Shown here: in pieces, positions 1 through 13,400 of the stretch
Numbering within the stretch: position 1 is the first letter of the stretch
How the letters are laid out: each line of letters opens with the position of its first letter
From: Ascidiella aspersa
Taxonomy: Eukaryota
Reading direction: 5' to 3'
DNA length: 64,000 bases
NCBI GenBank assembly: GCA_963924565.1
Contig: OZ004607.1
Span: forward strand, 2,728,001-2,792,000
Notes under the pieces: model-generated
What the model saw: the letters and a program-made list of their open reading frames with translations, nothing else
Database searches by the model: none
What the model was told of the DNA's origin: nothing
Made by a program: the position numbers and the translations under genes

Positions 1-829
1 AAACCTAGTACATGTCATAATAATATGCTTTTGTAGTGATTGGTGACAAACTAAAACATATTTTTATGACATGACATGTAGTGGTTCTGGTGAATAACTT
101 GAAAAATTTACTATGAGCAAAGGAATAAAGAGTTGTTCAGTGATAGTGTATAATTTAATCACTGCAGTGTAATATATTGATCTAAATTTATTTCTTAGGC
201 AGCCATGCTCAACTCGTCTTCTAAAAAGAAAAGCTCTTCGAGGCCTTTATTGGGCAAACCTTTGGGGTGGACGGCACAGCAGCTTTTCTGCATTGGTATA
301 TTAGTGGATGGAATGGACATTACATTTGTGGAAGAACAACACTTGTTGAACGAATTGTTAAATTATATTTCATTGATATTCGAGCCTGTTAATATACACG
401 GGATTTAAGTTATCCATCCTACTGCTCTGTGTTTTTATATGTTTTTAAACAATGTACGAAAGGCCCCACCTTAAAAATTTGCCAAACATAGCAATTATAA
501 ATATTAAAAAAAGGTTTCAAATTTGTAAAATATCTTCTTTTTCTCTGTTTTTCTTTTTATCACATACGCATTTTTGTTTGCATAAACACCTGCATTGTAT
601 TAAAAATGCGATATTTATATTATTATTCGCTTTGTTTGGAATAATAAAATTGTATACCTCATAATATATTGTGAAATTTGTTTGGAAACACTGAATACTA
701 GCATTAAACACCTGGCAGAATAAACGGCAAAAGCCTAAACACCTGGAATTTAAACATGTTTAATTTTAAACGTGCTGACATTTCGCCCCTTTCAGGTGTT
801 TAATTTTGGTGTTTAATCGAATGACAGTG
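1..829 (+). mobile_element. Right end of a CACTG-terminated (CMC/EnSpm-like) DNA transposon, same family as 3310-7031
   Basis: Colinear similarity to ~6070-7031. Ends ...gtgtttaatcgaaTGACAGTG followed by TA (830-831). Subterminal aaacacc/ggtgttt repeats. Left part lies outside the window. Confidence 0.75.
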
Positions 830-1756
830 TAGGGAAAAACAACAACCAGCTGTGTTGGTAAAGCGAAAAGAAAAGAAAAAAGGAAAAAAAGGGGTGGCAA
901 GAGGTGACAACAAAGACGATAAGGCAAACGGTAGAGGCCCATTGCAACTAAAATAAAAGATAAAACAATGCAAAATAAAAGAGAAACCAAGGAGACAAAT
1001 AGTTATTTAATACCGGGTAAAACCATTTTTTGTATATTAATACTTGCATGAACTTTATTGTGCCATTTATCTTCTGCTATATCCAACAGATAATACGGAG
1101 GTTGGGCAACAAATTGAACGTAAAAACACTCGGGAAGCAACGGTTTGTTTAATAAATAACTTTTATGATACATAACATAATGGTGTTGCAAATGTCTTCT
1201 GAAATGTCTATTTCTTTGTTGTTTTAAAAGCGCAACTTCTCCAAAAACCTCAGATGCGTGTTTATCCAACACCTTTTTATATGCGTCTTTCTAACTTGTG
1301 GCGTTTAAAAAACACAACACTAAACATTTGTATATTTAAGATTGCTTATATAGTGAAATCCAGAACACTAAAGCCATGACAGAGTTTTAAACGAATTATA
1401 CACATAAATGGTACAGGTATAATTCATTGGTAAAGCTTTATTTACCACCATTGCGACGAGAAACCAAACAGGTTTAAATAGAGATTCACCAACTTAAAGG
1501 ACTATTTTAATGACAATAAATAATCAATAGTTCGGTGGATAAATACTGAATTCGGTTAATTAACCAAGTTTGGAAATTGAATACATTCGTATTACCAGGT
1601 CCACCGTTTTTACTTTAGCCAAACTGAAAAACATACGCCGCAGTGTTTCTCAACCTTTTTCATTTGTAGATAAGGGTTCCATTATTTACAACCATTCTTG
1701 TGTTTGGTATTCTGTAAAATCTTAGTTTGCAGTTTCTTTGCTTATATTGCAAAAAA

Positions 1757-2673
1757 TCAAGTTTTGTTTTTGAAAATTTCTTCTATAGAGTGCGTTATTT
1801 TGTGTTTATTTAGATTTGACATCTGTCTAAAGCACTTTCCACATTCTTTACATTTCTAAGGTTTTTCTCCGGTGTGAACTTTTTCGTGAACTTTAAGATT
1901 ATCTGGCCGACAAAAACACTTTCCACATTCTTTGCATTTGTAAGGTTTTTCTCCGGTATGAATTCTTTCATGAATTTTAAGACTTCCTGTATGGCTAAAA
2001 CACTTCCCACATTTTTCACATTTGTAAGGTTTTTCTCCAGTGTGAACTTTTTCATGCTCTTTAAGATGTCCTCGTCGACAAAAACACTTTCCACATTCTA
2101 TGCATTTGTAAGGTCTTTCTCCGGTGTGAACTCTTGCATGAAATATAACACTTCCTTCCTGGGTAAAACATTTGCCACAAACTTTGCACACATATGGTCT
2201 TTCCCCAGTATGAATTCTTTCGTGTACTTTCAAGGTTTGAGCTACGTTAAAACATTTATCGCAATAAGCACATTTAAAGGGTTTTTCTCCAGTGTGAATT
2301 CGCACGTGGTTTGTCAGTGCGGTAATCGTTCCATATAGTTTCCCACAATTCTTGCATTTGTGTTTCTTGAAGTGAACTGTGGACAAATGTCTACTAAGCA
2401 TACGACGATTTTTAAACAACTTTTCGCAAATGTTGCATCGGAACTCCGTGTTGTTTGTAATTTTGTCGTTGTTGGATAATCCTCATTTATATCCTTCTTA
2501 GAAGTATCCATTTGATCCAAGTCACTTTGTTCTTCACAATCAGACTCTTCACTTACAGCTTTGTGTTCTTGTGATGACCAATCTGTAATCGTGGCAACAG
2601 AATCATCTGAAAATCCATCTTCGCTTTCTTTTGTCAGTTCCGTCGTACAAAAATCACTTTGGTGGTTTGACAT
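1757..2673 (-). pseudogene. C2H2 zinc-finger cluster gene 1 (8 fingers), frameshifted and with premature stop
   Basis: ORF 2314-2673 carries the family N-terminal motif, but the fingers (TEFRCNICEK...HFKKHKC) are in another frame (1856-2419), with the shift near 2450-2490. TAG replaces Tyr in KPY at 1856-1858. The frame continues through one more finger to TGA at 1757-1759. Confidence 0.8.
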
Positions 2674-3309
2674 GTTTTAATTTTTCTTTCTGAAAAATAA
2701 CAAGTATAAGCTCACTAATAATACGAAGCACTGCATAACCACAACCTCTGGTCAATGCTCTTTAATATTATACAGATAGTTTTGCTCATTGATGCAACTA
2801 ACTTAAATTTCCTTTTTTCTCATGTGACTTAATTTGTATTTTCCTCTTAAGCGCCAATCTGTGACAAGACTGTTATTGATTTGTTGCACAATTAGCATAA
2901 AAAAACGTTTAGGCGACAGACAGAGCATAATGAAACTTAAAGTTTTACTCGCTAATTTCACAAGGCTACACCCAGACGTCTCTCTCCGCTGTAGGCGGTG
3001 AGCCGCTCGTAATATACGCTAAAACAAAACTCCTTTTCACGAGAACCGACGCGCTCCCGGAAACCCCAGGCCTGCCTTACAGGGCGGCCGTTTCGTGGAA
3101 AGATAACATTGGGCGGACCTTTTAGTGAGAAGTTAAACCGCGCCGGAAAACAAGCGATAAATAATCGTGAGATTTGCAGAAATGTTTGGAGACAGGAAAA
3201 AAAACATGTCCAAAGTCCAATTAACGGCGAACACCACAGCGCGCAAGAATATTACGTTAATATACAATTATACATGTCTCGAAATGTGAAAACCTAATTC
3301 CTAGCCCTA

Positions 3310-6300
3310 CACTGTCAGAACGATGTTTAAATTTAAACACCAAAACGGTCTAAGCACGTTTAAAATCTAAACACTTAAACACCTAATTTAAACACCTTTG
3401 TGTTTAATTTGAATTTTGATGTTTAAATTCTAAACACCTGAACGATTTTATGCTAAACACCTGATATTTTGACGTGTTTAACAACGAATATTGGGAGATT
3501 TTAAGCACAATTAACGATTTTAAACATATTGACGATTAAACACTTGATATTTTTAACACGTTGATTGTTAGACGTGTTTAATTCGATGCATTCTTGCAAA
3601 GTTATAGCTTAAGCCATTTATGTTGATGTGATGGGATGTTGTTGAGAGAGGTATTGTTATTTTAAAGCACTGAGCGGTTGTTTTATGTACGATTGCGTCT
3701 ATCGATTTCGTCAAATATTTAACAAGTTAGCATATATGGCCGTGACAGATCACAATAAACAAAATGACTTAAGTCATGGTTTCCTAACTTAAAATCTGTT
3801 CGGCCTATTTGGCATTATTTTATTTTTGTAAATGTGGAAATAATAAATATACGGGTTAGAGTGCTCAACGTGCCATTTAATCCAATATTTGATTTCATTA
3901 ATGTAGCTTGCCTATAGCTTTGTACCTAAGCACAAAGCGAGGCTGTGCGGCCTTGTGCCGCCATGACCTACTTAAATTGCGCCAGCAATAAAAAAACGCG
4001 CGATGAAAACAATCTACGGCACAGATTTATTCTAAGGAAAGCTGTCTCGCAATGAAGCTTATATATTTTTCAAGATTAAATTGTTTGACCAAGCCTATCT
4101 GGTTTGACATATGACGAACAGTAAGTATTCTTTATTAAGTGTTTGATTGACGATATATTTTAACTAATTATAGTAATTATATTTTGTTTCAATACAATTT
4201 TCTGCGTACATATAAATTTCATTCAATAAATAAATCATAAGGTATTTGAAATTGATTCGGTCCGCTGAACAACGCACTGGCGTGTGACGAACGCGGGATA
4301 TTGAAACCTCAAACAGAGAAAATGCTTAGCACTTTTACAAGTTATACATTACTGTTAAAGCCGGTTTTGCGTATATTTGGCTTTCGAGTTACCAACATTT
4401 ATGTTAAACAAATACTAATGTGTATAGTGGTGACATATATACTTTAATATACTTTTGATAAATGTGTAGTAATAATGTTTTATTAGCTGTGCAAGACTGT
4501 CAGGTTGAGAATCTGAAATGTATGTTACAAAAGCCATGTCTTGGAAAATGAAGTGACTGAATTGGGGTTTTTGTTTCAGAATTATAGGTATTTCATTCAT
4601 CAATCCAAAAGCAATGAAAGTTGTAAAATACTATTTCATGATGATTCATGGCTTTACACTTTGTACACATTAAAGGATTATCTTAGATGAAACATTTAAG
4701 GTTTGTATGCTTTTAAATAGAAATTTAATTTTTCTGTTAAACTATCAAGTATGCTTTTAACAATTTATTATTATTAAATATACTTAATTACACTGCTTTG
4801 TTTCAGGGAAATCAATGACAGCAAACAAATTGCCCTTTTCGACTTCAAAAACAACTTCACGGACGATCAAGGTTAAAATGCAATTACATTTTACTTACAT
4901 GTTTTACATGAAAATAGTTTATTCGCATTTGGCTTTTATTTCATATGTAGCGGCCAGCGAGGAAAACTATTGCCTTCCGCAATTGGCTAATATATAAGTT
5001 TTTGCTTAGAATCTTTCATCATAGAATACGTAAAAAAATATGTTACATATTGTTCCAGCATTTTCGCCAATTTTGATGTTTTTTTAATCTATAAAATTTC
5101 TGAGGTGCTTTTTTTGTTTTAGTTTGAATTTATCATTTCCATTATTTAAATCTTACATTGAAGTTTTAAATGTAAAATTTAATCTGTAGTCTTTTGGAAT
5201 GCTAATGGCCCTTTTAATAAATTATATAGTATAATTTTCTTTATTTTCAGCAATTTTAACTGCAAAGTGCACGATGGGAAAATAAAAGTCTGTGACAAAG
5301 TGCAAGTGGAAATCAACAAAAGAATATGGATCACAAGGTAAACAAACTCATTTTTTTTTTAAATTTGTGGAAAATACATTTAATTTATATATGTTGTGTA
5401 TAGTGTCTGGTCTGAATGTCCCAGTAATGGGCAACTTTTGGGGGTTACATTGTGTATCACTAGTTTAAGCACAAATTTTAATAGCACATAATGTCCAATA
5501 CAATAATCTGGCACACATATTTACTTTTTGTATGAAATAATGATTTAATTTGTTTTCAAAGTAGGGTGAACCTTTTTTTTAATTTTAGTCGGTTATGAAG
5601 ATATCAATTACAATAAAAATGAACTTGTTTCGCAATCATTGCACTGTCATTCAGTTACAGCAGGGGCGGGCAACATACAGGATTTTAAGCGGCCCGTAGA
5701 CAGCTTCCGGCCTTAAATGATCCACATTTCGCAACTAAAATCATTATACTTATGATGCTTTTAGTAGCGAAATATTGTTATCTTATTCCTTTAAGTTCCA
5801 AACAAACTGATTTTCGGTTTACTAAGTTCTGAACTTAGTTTATTTTTCTTCAAGTCGGGAAGTAATCAGTATGTTTAATGTGCAATGAAAGTGTGGCAGT
5901 GTGTAAAGAGTACAACATTAGCGGCCATTATGCGACAAAATATGCAAGATTTGGCAGTACTTAATCCGGCCCGCCAAGTACTTCATTTTCCCATATCTGG
6001 CCCGCCAACCGGAGAAGTTGCCCACCCTTTAGTTACAGTGAAACATAAATAAAACATTTCCTAATGCTACAAATTAGTACATGTCTTAATAATATGTTTT
6101 GTGGTGATTAGTGACAGACTAAAACATGTTTTTATAACATTACATGTAGTGGTTCTGGATGGTAACTTCAAATTGTTACTATGTTAGGCAAATAAAAAAA
6201 AAAGTTGTTCAGTGACAGTGTATAATTTAATTATTGCAGTATATTATATTGATCTAAATTTTATTTTCTAGGCAGCCATGCTCAACTCGTCTTAAAGAAA

Positions 6301-7031
6301 AGCTCTTCAAGGCCTTTATTGGGCTAACCTTTGTACATCACATCAGCATTTCTGCATTTGTATATTAGTGGATGGAATGGCTGTTAAATTAGACTTAGCG
6401 GAAGAACAGCACTTTTGAACAAATTGTTAAGTTATATTTCATTGATATTCGAGCCTGTTAATATGCACAGGATTCAAGTTATCAATTAACTTCATGTTGC
6501 TCTGTGTTTGTATGTTTTTAAACCACCGACTTAAGGCCCAACCTTGAAAATTTGCCAAGTGTAGAAATTATAAATATTAAAAAATATATATCTTTTTTTG
6601 TTGTTTTTATTTACTTTTTTATTTTTTGTTGCATATATATTTTTGTTTGCATTAACACTTTCATTGTCTCCATTTCCAACATGTTATTTTGTGTATTATG
6701 TAAGTTTTCCGTTATCCTACTCATTTTCCTTTTTAATGTAAGCACTTCAATTTTTAATGTGTAGTTTTCTTTTCCAAGTTTTACATTTTTTGAAACTTTC
6801 ACTGTGTTGAGCTTTTTGTGTTGTTTTTCACCTTTTTCGCGCAATAAAATGGTTTACCCAATGAAATTTTTGTGGAATTGATTTGGAAACACTGAATACT
6901 AGCCCTAAACACCTGACCGAATAAACGGCAAAACGTCTAAACACCTGAAATTTAAACATGTTTAATTTTAAACGTGCTGACATTTCGCCCCTTTCAGGTG
7001 TTTAATTTTGGTGTTTAATCGAATGACAGTG
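3310..7031 (+). mobile_element. Non-autonomous CACTG-type (CMC/EnSpm-like) DNA transposon, ~3.7 kb
   Basis: Termini CACTGTCA...TGACAGTG, both flanked by TA (3308-3309, 7032-7033). Arrays of aaacacc/gtgtttaa subterminal repeats at both ends. Internal decayed AG/GT-bounded exon-like pieces. No intact transposase ORF. Confidence 0.75.
5661..6030. mobile_element. hAT (Charlie/Buster-type) MITE nested in the CACTG element
   Basis: TIRs caggggcgggcaac / gttgcccacccttt. Perfect 8-bp TSD agttacag (5653-5660, 6031-6038). Confidence 0.85.
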
Positions 7032-9137
7032 TACATTTAAGAACAAAGGCGCAAAATTAATAATGAATATTAGAATTTACAGTCGGCGTAATTAGCAACC
7101 GGTGATAATTTTGTAGTGCTAATTAAGCACGTAACATCGAACCCGAACCTTTCAATAGCAACTAAGCTTTCCAAACTCGCTCAAAATGCTTGGTTTATAA
7201 TGAAATTATAAAAAAACAACGCAACAACACCATTAGATTGATAACGAATATCGCGACGAAACTAACAGCGGCCTCTTGACCAAAAGTTTGGAACTTGTAG
7301 GTTATTCGAATGCGCCAGTCCGATGCTATTTAGAAATATATTTTCACGTTTCGATACGAAGTTGTGGCGCGGGGGACGGTGCAATTGATTTCATTCTGAG
7401 TTGCTATTATTGGGACCAATATTTAGCACCTTCAGGTGTAACTAATTTAATGGTTTTCCACAACAATGTAAACAATAATAATAAACAAAGCATGTGTATA
7501 GGGCTGATGACTGCTATACGTTTGCAATAAGATGTGGAAAATAGATTTTAAGCAGACATACATTGATTTAACCTTGTCTCGCGTAAGTACAAGCAATGAT
7601 AAACTAGAACTGCAACTATAAGTTGGCTCGCCACGCACTGAGGCCATATCACCAAATCTCGTCTACTATTATTGCGTCATATTATCGCCTAAACATGTTT
7701 TTCACTATAGTTTATACCTTTTTATAACAGGTATACACTCCCTGGATTAAAACTGGGTTTAATAACATTTGCTTCATACTTCCTCGCGTTCATATACAGT
7801 AGCTCGTTTTTTAAACAGCTAGAAGAAACGCTGCGGAAGTTATTGACATCCCATCAGTCGGTTCGCTTTTTGACCGGCATAAATACTGTAAGTTTAAGCA
7901 TACTGTAATCTGAAGCATCAACAAAAATCTATGGATGGCCAAATTACTATTCTTAACCTAGAAGTTACAGCTTGCTGAATAAGCTACTAGGCGTTATGTA
8001 GTCATTTATACTAAAATGCTTTAACCTCTTACAGGGAATGATGGTGTATCCTTTTTGGCAATTGTGTTCATAAGGCCTAGTACTGTAGATGTGGTTTGTT
8101 AATATGTAGCTGCCACATAAATAATAACATTATATTATAACTATATGTAACCACATCTGCAGTTTCCAAGCAAACGTATAAATATATATGGCTGTCATCG
8201 ATTAACTAATAAATCATAATTTTAAGAAGCAATGTTGAACGCTTTTACCGCGATAAGCTAAACTAATTGTCACTGCCTGCTTTACAGAAATGCAACTATA
8301 AACATCGCACAGCTTTTTTAACTTCCGTTTTCGCAAGACTGAAACGCATTGCTCATTTAATGCAACGCATGACTAGTTATAAGTTAGGCATGGATAGTAA
8401 AATATAGGCTAAGCGTATAGTTTATTTTTGGTATGCGAATAAATCAAACAAACTTTATAAGTATTCATAGTTGGTTCATGTGGCAGTTTTTTAAGACTTG
8501 TATTTTTTCTCATAGGTTTCTGCTCGATATTAATGAATGGATTTAACAAAATACAACATTGCTATGTTTAACCGGTACATTATAAGAACTGATTGCGTAT
8601 CAGTATATAGCATTTAGCGATTAGTAGACGTATTTACGGGTAAGGCCGCTAAAATGACTGTTCGAAACTTATGGTGCTCTAGATAGAGTCACTTCACTCA
8701 GTTGATATTGATCGGTGAGTATATATTCATAAATCTCAGAACACACGATAAAAGAACGCAGTTATTCAAGCCGCTATTCTACAAGCTTCAAAAAGTGCAA
8801 TGCATCGAAAAACGCCGATAATGCACGGTTTTGGTCACGCGTCAGTAGACAACAGTCACGTGCATTGTGACGTCAAATGTAGCAATGCAGGCTAATAATG
8901 TTGAATAAAGGCTTCAAACAAAACATTAGAAATCAAAATAACAGATATGCATACAGTTACACAATACAAACCCTGTCTATTGATAAAATTGAACAAGACT
9001 TTAACCGAGAATAAATATGCTGTTGCTACCAGGCATAGTATATTTAAAATTGGTTCCTCTGGCATATATTTCTTTAACCAGCGTTTCGGCTTATTATAAG
9101 CGAGAATTATGACAAACTAAGAACGTATAGGCTACGT

Positions 9138-9506
9138 CAGGGGTATCCAACCAGCCAGATATCAAGAGCCGCATTTTCTTACTTGGTTAACCGCAAAGGG
9201 CCACACTTTACACCATGAAAAGAACAGCTTATCACTACATTTCTTGCTCACTCCCTAGAAGCAATCGCGAAAAAAATGCCTTTATTTAGTTAAAACACGA
9301 CCAGACGCTTTGGTTAGAATAACGACCCCGTAAGTGTTACTAATAACCGTAAGTGTTACTAATAATGGCCTTGAGTCGGAACCGACAATATTCCACATTG
9401 ACCCAAACGAAATCGAAACATTCTAAACCAAAGTAAAACATGAGAGTCACATAACACTGGGTGAAGAGCCGCATGTGGCTCGCGAGCCGCGTGTTGGCCA
9501 TCCCTG
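9138..9506. mobile_element. hAT MITE
   Basis: caggggtatccaac...gttggccatccctg with subterminal gagccgca motifs. TSD ggctacgt/ggctaggt (7/8). Confidence 0.8.
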
Positions 9507-10385
9507 GGCTAGGTGAAGAGCAATTCAAAATCTCGTTTTGCTTTAGCAAGCCTAACTATACGCATCTTCTATAAGTTGGCTTGCCACACCCCGACATTTA
9601 CTGCAGTTTACCGTAACATTAATACAGAAAGAAAAAACAGAAGAAGTCTTTAAGCCGTGGCCTCTCTAAATCAATATTACTGAATACGTCTTATCTTCAC
9701 CATTTCAGTTTTTCAATGCCGACTATCAGCTATAACATTAAAATTTGTGTAAGAGCGACATGCAATCAAATTTTAAAAGTTTTTTTAAATTATCAAGATA
9801 CCTCAGATGCGTGTTTATTGAACTATCACCTTTACATATGCACCTGTACCATGTAGCGCTATATGGAGCGCAAAAAATTACAATTTGAATATTCCGTTAC
9901 GCAACACTATTGCTTAGATTTGATATTCCGAAAAGTGAAATTATACACATAAATCGTATAGGGATAATTGCAAACGCTTTATTTAACACCATTTCTACGA
10001 GAATAAAAAAGGATTAAATAACGATTACACAACTTAAAGCAACTGGGAACGAAAATAAATGCTTAGAGGTTCGGTGGGTAAATGCAAAATCCTGTAACTT
10101 TATCGATTTTAGAAATAGAATACATACTTATAAACTGATCGTTCCTTTTACTTTTTTTCAAGTGCGATAAAGTCCAGCATAGGAAGTTGCATATCGATAT
10201 AAGTTCAAAGCTCACACTTATTCACATTTCCTTTAAATTTCAGATACATCTTTAAGTTTTACAATCATTGTTGTGTTATTATTTTCTGCAAAGTTTTGTT
10301 CGTAATTTCTACGTTTATTAAATTAGAAAAAAGTTTTACAGGTATAACTATTTGTCAGATATGAAACTATAATCACAAGTTTTGT

Positions 10386-11273
10386 TTAAAAGGTTTCTAC
10401 GTTAGAGTGCGTTCTTTTGTGTTGGTTAAGATTTGATGTATAGCGAAAACACTTTCCGCATTCTTTGCATTGGAAATGCTTTTCTCTAGTATGAATCCTT
10501 TTATGATATTTAAGATCTTCTGCCTGGGTAAAATACTTTCCATATTCTTCGCATTTGTAAGGCTTTTCGCCAGTGTGAATCCTTTTATGGCGTCTAAGAT
10601 GTCCTGTCTGGCTAAAACACTTTCCACATTCTTCACATTTGTAAGGTTTTTCTCCGGTGTGAACTCTTTCGTGGCATTTAAGACTTCTTGCATGACGAAA
10701 ACACTTTCCACATTCTTTGCATTTGTATGGTCTTTCATCGATGTGAACTTTTTCATGATCTTTAAGATTTCCTGCCATTTTAAAACACCGGCCACAAACT
10801 TTGCACGCATATGGTCTTTCCCCAGTGTGGATTCTTTCGTGTAATTTCACGGTTTGAGCTCGTTTGAAACATTTATCGCAATGGGCACATTTAAAGGGTT
10901 TTTCCCCAGTGTGAATTCGCATGTGGTTTTCAAGTTCATTAATGTCTCCAAACAGTTTCGCACAAACCTTGCATTTGTGTTTCTTGAAGTGAACTCTGGA
11001 CAAATGCGCTTTTAATAAGTAACGATTGTTGAACAGCTTTTCGCAAATGTGACATCGGAACTCTGTCTTCTGCGTTGAAATATTCTTGCTTTGTTTTTGC
11101 CTAGTTTTAGTTTGATCCAAGTCACTTTGTTCTACACAATTGGACTTTTCACTTGCAGGATGATGTTCTTTTGATGACCAATCTGTTGACGTATTAACAA
11201 AACCATTGAACAATCGATCATCGATTTTGCTTTTCAAATATTTTGTTGCAAAATCGGTCTGGTGTTTTGACAT
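10386..11273 (-). CDS. C2H2 zinc-finger cluster gene 2, 295 aa, 8 fingers (one degenerate, CEEY)
   Basis: Intact ORF with family N-terminal motif and TGEKP linkers. AG acceptor 13 nt upstream of the ATG. Confidence 0.9.
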   Translation of the reverse strand: MSKHQTDFATKYLKSKIDDRLFNGFVNTSTDWSSKEHHPASEKSNCVEQSDLDQTKTRQKQSKNISTQKTEFRCHICEKLFNNRYLLKAHLSRVHFKKHKCKVCAKLFGDINELENHMRIHTGEKPFKCAHCDKCFKRAQTVKLHERIHTGERPYACKVCGRCFKMAGNLKDHEKVHIDERPYKCKECGKCFRHARSLKCHERVHTGEKPYKCEECGKCFSQTGHLRRHKRIHTGEKPYKCEEYGKYFTQAEDLKYHKRIHTREKHFQCKECGKCFRYTSNLNQHKRTHSNVETF

Positions 11274-11776
11274 GTTTATTTATTTCCTGAAAGATAAAAA
11301 TGTCTTGAACTATATTTATTACTGATTTATCAAATTAACAGCCCAAGAAAGATGGTCAAGCTAACCTTATAACATTAAATTAAGGCGCGTTTAAATATCG
11401 ACTGTAATAATTTATAATGTCCATACCGCAACCATTCTTCACTGCGAAGAATGCAACATTACTAGAGTCGGTTCTGCAAACCCATGTGTAACTATATACA
11501 ACGCCGGTATTGCCCCGACTTTGTTAGTAACCTATACAGCTTATCTTGACGATCGAGTGTTACTTTGCAGTACAAACGCATTTCAAAGAAGCGCATTGAT
11601 ATTACAAGTTCGCCGCTTGCCCAATAACATTTAATTGGCAATTGATTATAATCAGACGACAGAAGGAAGGATATCACAACCACAACCACGTTTCACGGCG
11701 ATAATATATTTCAAATAAGCGCTACTAATGTTTATAGTACAATATTCACTTAGGCAATTGAAACATAAGTATATAG

Positions 11777-12616
11777 CAGGAGCGGACATTTTTTTAACCG
11801 CGGACAACTTGACAAACTTAAAATGTTGTGGCGGGCCAGGTCAAAAATAGGATCTTAAATACATGCAGTGTGACGTCTTGCTCTGGCGGTATAAAACAAA
11901 TAGGCCAACGAACTTGTTACGTTTGTAGTTTGTTATTACGTTTGTAGTTTGAAAAATTGCAATTTAAGTCGAATTCAAAGAAGACGTCGTAACAAAAATG
12001 CCAGTATATTTGTTTTAAAATACCAACTTTAATTTAGATATTAAGACGTGACGCATTGAGCACAAATACAAAACGTACATATCTTGTATTAGAATTTATC
12101 AAGTTGTGGGCGCGTTGACCCAAAATTTAAGATTAAAATGCGTAAAAACGTCTCACAAAAAAATTACAATGTTTACCTTGCTTTTTAAGGCTTCAAGTTT
12201 TGTGATACAACGGCCATATTGCAAACACGGTATAAATCGGGAGAAACACACAACATAGCATTCATTAACTAAATTAGGTTGACAAAATGCGAATCGGTAT
12301 GTTTCAGAGTTTGGAAATCGGCTGGTATTTAGTTCATATTTTATAGGCGGAATACATTCCACCGAAGCTTAAAATGTATATAAAATTAGGATAGGTTTGT
12401 TAGACTTTCGTTGGAGAGAGTAGCATAATGCTGAGAGCGCTTTTGTCAGAAAAGATTCGCGCGAACCGCGAAAACAATTTCCATTTCAGTATTCAAAACA
12501 GGCTAAAAATAAGGTTTTGTGGGGTCATGAATAGATCCATCTCTGGAAAGAGTGTTTAAGATGATTATTTGTATTTTGGGAAAAATTTTACGCTGGCCGT
12601 ATGTTGCCCAGGTCTG
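11777..12616. mobile_element. hAT non-autonomous element
   Basis: cagg...gttgcccaggtctg. Perfect 8-bp TSD gtatatag (11769-11776, 12617-12624). TIRs degenerate. Confidence 0.7.
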
Positions 12617-13057
12617 GTATATAGGATTACAAAGCTCCCTAGCGCATGAAAACGAGCTTTGCATGAAATTATATCTCTCCCAGCTACTTTATATTAACAA
12701 CAACTGTTTGAAATAGCTCTAGTTCTTATGATGTGAAAATCTACTTTAAACTACCTTAGCTTCCATTCCTTGTTTCTAAAGCTTTCAATAATTTCCAGCT
12801 ACCTGATTAAAGTGCGTTTATAAGAAATATCACCAACCCTTTATCAAATTTATATCTGCTGGCATTAATTAGAAGTTAGATAGACCTAATGAAAACCTAA
12901 CTCGGCATACTTAAACAATCGGCGGTCATTGTAGTAAATAAATGGCTTGCAATACAAAATAAAATTAACAAATGTATATATTTTAAATATTCCATACAGC
13001 TTTAAAGCCTTTGATTTATTAAAATTCCCAAAAGATATCTCCAGCAACTAGTCTGTT

Positions 13058-13400
13058 CAGCCTTGTACAGTAAACTCCACTCAGTACAAACACTAATATG
13101 ACGTTAAACACATTTGCTTGGTTGGTTTTATCGACCGTACAGCCTTGTACAGTAAACTGCACTCAGTTCAGACACTAATGTGACGTTAAACACACGTTTG
13201 CTTGATTGGTTTTATCGGGTCGAACGACAAGATGCTTCCTGTTCAGATAAACGGTGATAATTGTCCTGGCGCCGGATTAACAAAGCGGCGAACACTGCAC
13301 AGTAAGCCAGGATATCGACGGGTTCGATCCACGCAACGCTGCTGCTAGCAGAGTGTTATTTATCGCAGCTGCAAAGAGATTATCGCTTGTACCATGATGT
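13058..13400. repeat. Conserved ~300-bp element with Pol III A/B-box-like motifs; second copy at 28090-28350
   Basis: High similarity to 28090-28350. taacaaagcgg (13278) and ggttcgatcc (13321). Its 5' ~80 bp are tandemly duplicated here. Confidence 0.6.

Noticed and set aside
3033-3101. Telomerase RNA CR4/5, SRP or U3 identity for the GC-rich hairpin
   Set aside because: No telomeric template and no diagnostic boxes or conserved sequence for these RNAs nearby.
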